50,780 nt of DNA from an uncultured Candidatus Saccharibacteria bacterium. GTDB lineage: Bacteria; Patescibacteriota; Minisyncoccia; Phycocordibacterales; CSBR16-119. Under the pieces are notes generated by a model. It saw nothing but the letters and a program-made list of their open reading frames with translations. It searched no databases and was not told the DNA's origin. The position numbers and the translations under genes were made by a program. The stretch lies in NCBI GenBank assembly GCA_964426385.1, contig CAYRQF010000002.1:73037-123816 (forward strand), in the 5' to 3' direction. How positions within the stretch are numbered: position 1 is the first letter of the stretch; every line of letters starts with the position of its first letter. Below are positions 43,751 to 50,780 of the stretch, one piece after another.

Positions 43751-44964
43751 TAAATATAGATAAGTTAAAAATCTTCTCACTGTTTATACTAGCACTTGCT
43801 CTTTCGCCGTTCTCGACAGCTATTGCCCAGCAACCGGGAGATATCATGGCGCCGAATACTGCTCAGCCGATGTGGATCGCAGGAGTGAATTGGGGGGCGG
43901 TGACTGAATCGGGCTCATCGCTTGTCACAGATCGTTCGATATCTATAACAGGTGCACGGATTATTCCTCTTCCTCCTGATGGAGTCAAAACATTTCGAGT
44001 CGAGTACGGTCGGGGAGTTCCCGGTCAGAACACAGACTATGGACAGGGTTATATCGGTCAGAGTAATCCGATAACCGTCGATGACATGATGAATCCTGCG
44101 TATAGTTTCGGCGGCAATATCAACAGCTTGATGCCAGCGACTGACTACTATCTAAACATCCGAGAGATGGGTCAGGTTGGCGGGAACGATGTTACGGGTA
44201 ACTTGTTCGTGTATGGCTTCGTAAAAACTAGCAAGATTCCTTCGGGAAGCGTGAGTTATAGCTTCATTTCAAATAATACGACAATGAAGGTCTCCGGACA
44301 TCTCATAAACAGTGCCGGTGTCGCCCTCATGAACGCTTCCGTAAACATAATCGTGGCACCTGTCGTGAACGGTGCTCCAGATATGAACGGAGCTATGACT
44401 TCAGGATTAATTACCGGAGGTACGAGTATGATGAACGGTAATGGTTATTTCAATACTACGATGACCGGACCTGTAACACCTGGAAGTTCTTACTATCTGA
44501 TGATTCAGTATCAATCGACAGGAAACGATATTATCGAGCCGATACTTCTCACTGTTCCTACTTATAATGCGCAGGATACTGACCCTGAACCGAACCCTGA
44601 TACTGATAACGAATATGAACTTGAGGGGCCGTCATACAATGGACTAGTGGTTGAGTGTGGACTTGATTGCGATTTTTATGATCTTATCGCCACCATCAAT
44701 CGTGTTATTGATTTTATGATCAAGTTTATCGCATTCCCATTGGTCGCTATTGTCGTAGCATGGGCAGGATTCAAGATGATTATAAGCGGGGGTAGTTCGG
44801 AGGCTGTCGGCTCAGCCAAGAAAATGATATGGAAAGTCGTAATAGGTCTATGCATAGCTCTCCTGTGTTGGGTTATAATCAAGCTTATACTCGTAACACT
44901 CGGATATGTCCCTGGTGGTCCACTATGGTGTCTGTTTAATATTACGCCTCAGTGCACACCCTAA
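43747..44964 (+). CDS. TrbC/VirB2-type pilin-like protein with a ~290-aa N-terminal passenger domain (P1)
   Basis: Signal ...STAIAQ. C-terminal module FIAFPLVAIVVAWAGFKMIISGGSSEAVGSAKKMIWKVVIGLCIALLCWVII. Confidence 0.65.
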   Translation: MINIDKLKIFSLFILALALSPFSTAIAQQPGDIMAPNTAQPMWIAGVNWGAVTESGSSLVTDRSISITGARIIPLPPDGVKTFRVEYGRGVPGQNTDYGQGYIGQSNPITVDDMMNPAYSFGGNINSLMPATDYYLNIREMGQVGGNDVTGNLFVYGFVKTSKIPSGSVSYSFISNNTTMKVSGHLINSAGVALMNASVNIIVAPVVNGAPDMNGAMTSGLITGGTSMMNGNGYFNTTMTGPVTPGSSYYLMIQYQSTGNDIIEPILLTVPTYNAQDTDPEPNPDTDNEYELEGPSYNGLVVECGLDCDFYDLIATINRVIDFMIKFIAFPLVAIVVAWAGFKMIISGGSSEAVGSAKKMIWKVVIGLCIALLCWVIIKLILVTLGYVPGGPLWCLFNITPQCTP

Positions 44965-44967
44965 TAT

Positions 44968-45882
44968 ATGAAATACTACACTCAGATAATAATGATATTT
45001 GTTCTCGCTCTGACCTTCGGCTTCACCGCAGATGTCGAAGAAGCCTCGGCGCAGTCATGTGATGTAACTTCGGCGCAGTTTCGTACTAATCGCGAGGTAA
45101 ACTCGATATTCTATGATGACGAGAATACCCCATACGTGTATATAGACATAGTTACGGCTAACTGCTCAGGCGAGACCATCCAAGTATCGATAACCGAGGA
45201 CGACGCTGGTGTCGACGATGATGTTAATGGAACACTCGGTATGGGGCAGACTTGTAACGAGACTAATCCGAGTTGTATGGATAATAGGGTTATCAGTATT
45301 ACGGGCAACGAGACTACTCTCTCACTGCGCGCAGGCGAAGATGAGTGCCAGAGTGCGGGGAATCCTGATTGTGACTACCACATCGAAACTTGGGACGAAG
45401 TTGATAGTGGATATGAGTGGGAATCGGGACTTCAGCTCAACTATAATTGTGATGGGGCATGCCAAAATAACTGGCAGTATCTCGGTACCCTCACGCCTTT
45501 TGGGGCTTCAGATCAGGGCGACCAAGACGACGATGGTGATGCAGGGGTAGACGAGGGCGCTGATGCCAGTGTGGATGAGAATAGTATAGGCATACAGGCG
45601 ACGAACTATGACCTAAGCCTCAACAATCCTTTGGCTGGGACCATAGATAGTATCCCGCAGTTATTACAGAAAATAGTGAATGTCATCATCAAGGTAAGCA
45701 TCCCGATTGTAGCCATGGCTATCGTGTTCTCTGGATTCCTATTCGTCACCGCTCGAGGCTCAGATGAGCAACTGAAGAAGGCGAAACAGGTTCTACTCTA
45801 TGCTGTTATCGGAGGACTCATCCTGATGGCATCATGGCTTATCGCTGAGGCGATATATTCAGCATTAACAAGTTTTGATTAG
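44968..45882 (+). CDS. TrbC/VirB2-type pilin-like protein with a Cys-rich/acidic N-terminal passenger domain (P2)
   Basis: Signal ...EEASAQ. C-terminal module VSIPIVAMAIVFSGFLFVTARGSDEQLKKAKQVLLYAVIGGLILMASWLI. Confidence 0.65.
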   Translation: MKYYTQIIMIFVLALTFGFTADVEEASAQSCDVTSAQFRTNREVNSIFYDDENTPYVYIDIVTANCSGETIQVSITEDDAGVDDDVNGTLGMGQTCNETNPSCMDNRVISITGNETTLSLRAGEDECQSAGNPDCDYHIETWDEVDSGYEWESGLQLNYNCDGACQNNWQYLGTLTPFGASDQGDQDDDGDAGVDEGADASVDENSIGIQATNYDLSLNNPLAGTIDSIPQLLQKIVNVIIKVSIPIVAMAIVFSGFLFVTARGSDEQLKKAKQVLLYAVIGGLILMASWLIAEAIYSALTSFD

Positions 45883-45884
45883 AC

Positions 45885-46730
45885 ATGATTAATTCTTTCA
45901 AGAAAAATTTTGCATACATAGCACTGCTCGCAGGGGTGTTAGTTCTGCCTCACCAAGTTTCTGCTGATCCTGGTTTAAACATGGGGCTTATGAACGTTAC
46001 TCCGATGACCGGAGACTTTATCGTCACTACACAGTTACAGCCCGTAGAAATAAGTTCGTTTTCGAGCTTCACCCTGATTGGCGTTATCGATGCTGATGGG
46101 CTCGATATGCCACTCGGAGATATTAGAACTTTACCTATCAACCTAAACGGCGGATATATAAACGTGAACATGATGCTGAACTATGACCCAGCAGGATACA
46201 CATTCCAATTTTGTTTAGTCGACAGTCTAGACCTGGTGACACAGGGTGGACAATACCTATTCAATCCAAATAATCCTGCGTATGATCCACTTTATTGTAG
46301 TAGTCCCTCTTTGTACCAGCCTGGCAATCAAGATGGAGATGCCGATGTCGAAGAAGACGATACGATCATAACTCCAGACACCACCCAGCCAGGAACGGGT
46401 AGTCCTAACCCGATAGTATTCACGACGAGCATCGCGAATCCTCTCGGCGAAGATATGGACATACTCGACTTCTTGAAGCGATTGTTTGTGAATATGGTGA
46501 AGATAGCCTTTCCATTCCTAGTACTATTCATGATGTATGCCGGCTTTATGTTCATCGAGGCGCGCGGTAACGAGGAGAAGCTCAAGAAAGCCAAGAAGAA
46601 TTTCCTTTACGTTGTACTGGGAGCTCTCTTGGTCCTCGGAGCTTGGACTATCGCTTCGGTCATAAAGGGAACTGTTGATGAGATCGCAGAACCGACCGTA
46701 TTTATAGAAATTATTAATAATATTGTTTAA
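45885..46730 (+). CDS. TrbC/VirB2-type pilin-like protein with an N-terminal passenger domain (P3)
   Basis: Signal ...HQVSAD. C-terminal module IAFPFLVLFMMYAGFMFIEARGNEEKLKKAKKNFLYVVLGALLVLGAWTI. Confidence 0.65.
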   Translation: MINSFKKNFAYIALLAGVLVLPHQVSADPGLNMGLMNVTPMTGDFIVTTQLQPVEISSFSSFTLIGVIDADGLDMPLGDIRTLPINLNGGYINVNMMLNYDPAGYTFQFCLVDSLDLVTQGGQYLFNPNNPAYDPLYCSSPSLYQPGNQDGDADVEEDDTIITPDTTQPGTGSPNPIVFTTSIANPLGEDMDILDFLKRLFVNMVKIAFPFLVLFMMYAGFMFIEARGNEEKLKKAKKNFLYVVLGALLVLGAWTIASVIKGTVDEIAEPTVFIEIINNIV

Positions 46731-46731
46731 C

Positions 46732-47106
46732 ATGAAAAGAATCTATATAGCGCTGATGCCACTTTTATCATTTGCCCCTCTGGTTGTTTCGGCCCAGGAA
46801 CAGACTGGCGCCTGTCAGTACAACATAAACAGTATCGCTCTAGTTTTCCATCTCTTCGGGTGTATTCTCGCATCAGCCGTCATTCCGATGTTGGTAACCC
46901 TCACCGTTGTAGTCTTTATAATCGGCGTGCTCAAATATATCGCTGGTGCGGACGAAGCAGCGAAGCGTGAAGAGGGTCGCAAATTCATGATATACGGAAT
47001 CGTGGGACTTTTCGTCATGGTTTCTATCTGGGGACTCGTTGGAATCTTGCAGGGAACATTTGGACTCGGCACGAACATTCTTCTTCCACAGATGACTGAG
47101 TTCTAG
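46732..47106 (+). CDS. TrbC/VirB2-type pilin-like protein, short form (P4)
   Basis: ATG 46732. Signal ...LVVSAQ. AVIPMLVTLTVVVFIIGVLKYIAGADEAAKREEGRKFMIYGIVGLFVMVSIWGLVGIL. Confidence 0.7.
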   Translation: MKRIYIALMPLLSFAPLVVSAQEQTGACQYNINSIALVFHLFGCILASAVIPMLVTLTVVVFIIGVLKYIAGADEAAKREEGRKFMIYGIVGLFVMVSIWGLVGILQGTFGLGTNILLPQMTEF

Positions 47107-47214
47107 GTTGCGTTGTCGATTAGGGCATATGCTATAATATGTAAACCTAACGGTAATTTAAATATTGGTCGTCCATATTTATTATTAGCATTATTATTAG
47201 TAAATCATTTTTAT

Positions 47215-47646
47215 ATGAAGAAATTGTCTAGATTATTAAGCGGAGCAGCAGCGTTTGCATTACCTGCACTCGCCTTTGCTCAGACTACAGATGTCGGTGT
47301 ACAGCTCGATACAACTGACGCCTTTGATTTGATGGGAACTGTTTCTCAAATATTCGGAATCTTGATTCCGATTCTCGTCACGTTCGCAGTTATATACATC
47401 ATTGTTGGTGTTATCAAATACGCCACAGCATCTGATGATGAGACTCAGGCATCAGCTAGGAAGAGCATCCTACACGGAATCATCGCTCTCTTCGTTATCG
47501 TCTCTATCTGGGGACTTGTTGCTATCCTCAACAGTACATTCAACATCGGACAGAACGGAGAAAACCTCGGAGTTTGTCAGGAAGTATGGGTTCCTAACGA
47601 CGAACCGCCATATTACGGAGAATTCGTGGTTCCACCAGGCTGCTAA
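47215..47646 (+). CDS. TrbC/VirB2-type pilin-like protein, short form (P5)
   Basis: ATG 47215. Signal ...ALAFAQ. ILIPILVTFAVIYIIVGVIKYATASDDETQASARKSILHGIIALFVIVSIWGLVAIL. The nucleotide stretch around VSIWGLV is nearly identical to P4. Confidence 0.7.
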   Translation: MKKLSRLLSGAAAFALPALAFAQTTDVGVQLDTTDAFDLMGTVSQIFGILIPILVTFAVIYIIVGVIKYATASDDETQASARKSILHGIIALFVIVSIWGLVAILNSTFNIGQNGENLGVCQEVWVPNDEPPYYGEFVVPPGC

Positions 47647-47652
47647 TACTAT

Positions 47653-48015
47653 ATGTGGGATCTTCTTACGATATTTACGCCGGTCGCTTATGCCGATGTC
47701 GATACCTTCGTCAAGAAGCTGAATACCTATATATTCAATCCCGCGATAATACTGATGGTAACTCTGGCGACCGTATACTTCCTCTATGGGATATACGAGT
47801 ACGTTCAGGGGTCGGCGAGCGATGAGGCTAGGGAGAAAGGCCAGAGACACATGCTCTGGGGCCTCATCGGACTCACGATAATGGTATCCGTGTTCTTCAT
47901 TATGAAAGTCTTACTCGGTACGATAGGTATAGATGAGAGTGAGATAAACGTAGAGACCGGACAAGTTAACTTCGGAACTACGATAAATGGAGAGACGATA
48001 CCAGGAGGAGGATAA
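47653..48015 (+). CDS. TrbC/VirB2-type pilin-like protein, short form (P6)
   Basis: Short signal ...PVAYAD. IFNPAIILMVTLATVYFLYGIYEYVQGSASDEAREKGQRHMLWGLIGLTIMVSVFFIM. Confidence 0.6.
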   Translation: MWDLLTIFTPVAYADVDTFVKKLNTYIFNPAIILMVTLATVYFLYGIYEYVQGSASDEAREKGQRHMLWGLIGLTIMVSVFFIMKVLLGTIGIDESEINVETGQVNFGTTINGETIPGGG

Positions 48016-48033
48016 TACATAAGTAAAAAGAAT

Positions 48034-48061
48034 GAAGCCCCGGGACAGGTCCCGGGGCTTC
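48034..48061. terminator. bidirectional intrinsic terminator
   Basis: gaagccccggga-cagg-tcccggggcttc (12-bp stem). Confidence 0.7.
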
Positions 48062-48119
48062 TTCGTTGATGTTGTACAGTGATCAAGTGTTGGCCAGAGC
48101 CTTGCTTGATCCCCGAACG

Positions 48120-49403
48120 CTAGTGACGGCGGTGTGGCCGTTTGCCACCGTTTCTTCCACCTTGTACCTGTTCACCGATAGCACTCGCTGTAGCAGCGGG
48201 GCCAAATGCTCCAGCTGCCTTTGCGAGGTGTCCGACGATCTTCTCGATGTCCCCTGGTTGATATCCGAGGTCCTTGAGTTCCTTGGCGATAGTGCCGAGG
48301 TCCTTGGAACCACCGAGGCTCAAGCTGATCCGCTGTCTGCGAATCTCATCACCATCCAGGTCTCCCGTTAGGGTCATGGCTGCTTCAACGAGGTTGTCTC
48401 CTGTGAGACCGAGCTTCGCGAAGTATTTGACGGCGACATCCAAGCGACCCTTTTTGGCATCGACCTCCGCGTTCATCGAGGACTTCTTCCGCAGTGATGC
48501 GGCAAGTTCAGGATTTGGCGAGAGGTCGTTGATGTGGATGTTGTAGAGTCCGAGTCCGCACTCGGTATCAACCACACGTTCCTTATGACCGCTGATCTTT
48601 ACCCACAGTAGTCGGATCTCCGATGCTTGGTCACCCTCTACCTTGCTGAAAGCCTCTGAGAGCTTCTGATCAAGATCAGGTGATCCCATGACATCTCTCA
48701 GTTTGAGATCAGTCACAGCTAGCCTCATCAAAGATGAGGAGGTGTCCTGCAGGTCGTTATACAGTAGCAGGTTACCTGCTGTGTCGTCCTTGCCCTGAGC
48801 GAAGCGTCTTATCAGCTTGAATAGGTCGAGGGGTAGAAGGGAGCCAGTAATATCTGGTGGTCCACCGTCCTTGTTTGTGACCTGCACGAGATCCTTCCCG
48901 GTACCTTTTACGTAGAACGTACCTGGCGGCTTCACGTCGACCGTGTTGCCTCCGAGCGCTATCTGGTAGTAGTTGAACATGCGATATGCCGCATGCTCTC
49001 CAGGAAGGAGGTAGAAACCCTGTCGAAAAAACGAGGGTAACCACCACTTCTTATCCCAGTTTGGCTGGACACCTCCGAACATGTCGAAGGCTATCAGGTG
49101 ACCTGGGCCAGAACTTACGTATCGCATAGGGTTGAAGTACAAGAGGAGGAGCGAGGCGAGGATAGGGGAGAGCCCGTATATCAGAGCTCCCGCCATGTCT
49201 TCCCACCACTCAGCACCAAACATGCTGGCCACGTAGATCACCAAGCAGAGGAAGGCTGTTACGACGATGCTTTGTAGTAAGCATACGAACGGCTGTATTC
49301 CACTTGTCAGAAATCGGCCGATACCCCAGCAGTCTGCTCGGTAGTTCATACTCACTTGTTTGGTGCCGCGTTTACGCTTAGCACCGGTTTTGGTAGTTGC
49401 CAT
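48120..49403 (-). CDS. membrane protein, unknown function (weak SPFH/band-7-like impression only)
   Basis: 427 aa. Basic N-tail, two TM helices, a large soluble domain, and a basic C-tail GGRNGGKRPHRRH. About 60% GC by hand count of one line. Confidence 0.5.
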   Translation of the reverse strand: MATTKTGAKRKRGTKQVSMNYRADCWGIGRFLTSGIQPFVCLLQSIVVTAFLCLVIYVASMFGAEWWEDMAGALIYGLSPILASLLLLYFNPMRYVSSGPGHLIAFDMFGGVQPNWDKKWWLPSFFRQGFYLLPGEHAAYRMFNYYQIALGGNTVDVKPPGTFYVKGTGKDLVQVTNKDGGPPDITGSLLPLDLFKLIRRFAQGKDDTAGNLLLYNDLQDTSSSLMRLAVTDLKLRDVMGSPDLDQKLSEAFSKVEGDQASEIRLLWVKISGHKERVVDTECGLGLYNIHINDLSPNPELAASLRKKSSMNAEVDAKKGRLDVAVKYFAKLGLTGDNLVEAAMTLTGDLDGDEIRRQRISLSLGGSKDLGTIAKELKDLGYQPGDIEKIVGHLAKAAGAFGPAATASAIGEQVQGGRNGGKRPHRRH

Positions 49404-49415
49404 GAGTGCTTTAGT

Positions 49416-49964
49416 TTAGCGTTTACAGCGTGTAACCGAGATCGTACCCGTGCCCTTTGCGATGAATCCTTCCTTTAGGTCGGAAATCGTAAAGGGTGGT
49501 TCGGGAGTATTGCCTCCGAACGGGTATGAACCGCTCTTCAGGACGACAGTCATCAGACCTTCCGTGTGGACGTTCAGTTTGCCTGCGTCTTTATTGCGCA
49601 GTAGTAAGGGGTCCACAACAACCTTAGTCTCGCCATTGATCACATGATCGTCTGGTGGGGTACAGGGGTTGCTGTCGGTGGTCGGCGTAGCAGTAGTTGC
49701 CGTGCTGACACCCGGTCCACCATTTCTGGCGGTTGCGGTCGTTCCAGCAGTAGTAGTAGAACTCTTCTTCTTGTTCTCAGCTGCATCAAGGCGTTCGCTC
49801 ATGGTGCCCCATCGTACAAAGAATACGGTGACACCGATAAGCATGAAGGCTATCATTGAGATCAACTTGTACCAGTAGAACGTACTACCAGAGGTTTCTG
49901 GCTTCATTCTCTGCACGAATCCATCAAGTGGATTCGGGCCATTTTCTGCGTTCGCGGCTTTCAT
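49416..49964 (-). CDS. single-pass membrane protein with a Thr/Ala-rich linker, unknown function
   Basis: 182 aa with TM segment LISMIAFMLIGVTVFFV. It ends 12 nt upstream of the 48120..49403 start, so co-transcription is likely. Confidence 0.5.
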   Translation of the reverse strand: MKAANAENGPNPLDGFVQRMKPETSGSTFYWYKLISMIAFMLIGVTVFFVRWGTMSERLDAAENKKKSSTTTAGTTATARNGGPGVSTATTATPTTDSNPCTPPDDHVINGETKVVVDPLLLRNKDAGKLNVHTEGLMTVVLKSGSYPFGGNTPEPPFTISDLKEGFIAKGTGTISVTRCKR

Positions 49965-50035
49965 GGTATGGAGTGTTTTTTTGTTAGCGTTCGGGTTGAC
50001 GATGAGCTATGAAAATCTGAGCTCTATCTAATAGT

Positions 50036-50065
50036 ATTATAGCACAGAATAGTGCGTATTGTCAA
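50036..50065 (-). promoter_or_regulatory. near-consensus sigma70 promoter
   Basis: On the minus strand: TTGACA (50065-50060), 18-nt spacer, TATAAT (50041-50036). Confidence 0.45.
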
Positions 50066-50171
50066 GCTAAAAAGCGTTGATTTGTAAGGGGATTTGGGGA
50101 AACCCCAGATAGGACGCTTCGCTATCTCACTTCTCGGAAACCCACGGTTTTCCGACGAAAAGCCTTTATTT

Positions 50172-50315
50172 TGTGGTCACGAGTATTTTTCCTGACGGAA
50201 AAATCTCTCGACCCCACCTCGCGGTTTTTGCCTTTCGCTTCGCTCAAACAAAAACATCGCTGCGGTTGGCACAAAAGCACAAAATCCCGCGCAGGCGGGA
50301 TGTTTGTGTCTTTTG
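50172..50315. repeat. structured repeat R1, 3' of tRNA-Leu(TAG)
   Basis: Shares the blocks TGTGGTCAC, hairpin, CGACCCCNCCTCGC, GGCACAAA, long hairpin with a GCAG loop, and TGTCT(T)TTGTGCC with R2. Confidence 0.5.
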
Positions 50316-50397
50316 TGCCCAGGAGAGGAATCGAACCTCCACGGATTGCTCCATTAGTTCCTAAGACTAACGCGGCTACCAATTACGCCACCTGGGC
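50316..50397 (-). tRNA. tRNA-Leu (TAG)
   Basis: Hand-folded type II tRNA: acceptor GCCCAGG/CCTGGGC, anticodon stem TTAGT/ACTAA with loop CTTAGGA, long variable arm, T loop TTCGATT. Confidence 0.88.
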
Positions 50398-50471
50398 AAA
50401 CGTCTGCTAACTATACCGTCCCGCTTTTCCTGCACTGCAGGGTCGGGACAAGAATAAAGAATTTATTCTTG

Positions 50472-50544
50472 TCCCCTCGGTAGGGATCGAACCTACGACC
50501 TTCTCCTTAAGAGGGAGCTGCTCTACCAGCTGAGCTACAAGGGG
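50472..50544 (-). tRNA. tRNA-Lys (CTT)
   Basis: Hand-folded: acceptor CCCCTTG/CGAGGGG, D arm GCTC/GAGC, anticodon loop CTCTTAA, T arm GTAGG-TTCGATC-CCTAC. C1-G72 and a G27-A43 mismatch are slightly unusual. Confidence 0.8.
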
Positions 50545-50594
50545 TAACAGGGAAGATTCTAACAGAAAATTTGTAAAAAGGAAGAGTGAAAATG

Positions 50595-50717
50595 TGTGGT
50601 CACAGATATTTTACTTACAGTAAAATTCCGCGACCCCGCCTCGCCCGTCGCCTTGCGACATGGCTCCGGCCGGCACAAAGCATGAAATCCTGAGCAGTCA
50701 GGATTTCATGTCTGTTG
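50595..50717. repeat. structured repeat R2, 3' of tRNA-Leu(TAA)
   Basis: Same block order as R1. Hairpins attttac-ttaca-gtaaaat and gaaatcctga-gcag-tcaggatttc. Confidence 0.5.
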
Positions 50718-50780
50718 TGCCCGGAGTGGGGGTCGAACCCACATCCCTTGCGAGACACGATTTTAAGTCGTGCGCGTATA
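50718..50780 (-). tRNA. tRNA-Leu (TAA), 5' part cut by the window end
   Basis: Reverse complement shows anticodon stem CACGA/TCGTG with loop CTTAAAA, a variable arm, T arm GTGGG-TTCGACC-CCCAC and acceptor 3' strand TCCGGGC-A. Confidence 0.75.

Noticed and set aside
50122-50410. Three 63-86-aa ORFs at the right end
   Set aside because: They overlap tRNA-Leu(TAG) and the structured repeat R1. They have no coding signals.

Overview
The window looks like an AT-rich, small-genome bacterial chromosome using the standard genetic code. By inference from gene content it is Patescibacteria/CPR-like, possibly Parcubacteria-type. The backbone is housekeeping: uppP, pyk, a DrrAB-like ABC-2 exporter, ddl, hpf, the fmt-def-hisS-lepB block, pth, rpsA, ychF, gyrA, a family-4 UDG, four tRNAs (tRNA-Asn, tRNA-Leu(TAG), tRNA-Lys, and a truncated tRNA-Leu(TAA)) and an ECF sigma module. 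I found no rRNA genes and no CRISPR array.

Observations worth a second look:
1. An orphan solute-binding-like protein is translationally coupled to six tandem TrbC/VirB2-type pilin paralogs (42440-48015). Three of them carry large passenger domains, and no secretion machinery lies beside them.
2. A soluble VirD4/TraD-like ATPase sits next to a double lamin-tail-domain surface protein (27766-31592).
3. Two ~115-nt inverted-repeat elements share the termini TCCCGTTAG/CTAACGGG. Each is flanked by a 5-bp duplication that includes the start codon of the downstream gene.
4. An SOS operon (small ORF, lexA, Y-family polymerase, DUF1360) follows a GAAC-N4-GTTC box embedded in a near-consensus promoter.
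5. A split AICAR-to-IMP pair is present: archaeal-type purO plus an AICARFT-only purH.
6. A set of visibly GC-richer single-gene cassettes each has its own TTGACA-type promoter and GC-stem terminator. Among them are an outer-membrane-barrel-like protein and two small paralogous basic ORFs.
7. A tRNA-Asn 3'-end duplication looks like an integration scar.
8. Covarying structured repeats lie 3' of both tRNA-Leu genes.

All calls come from hand reading. No database search was run.
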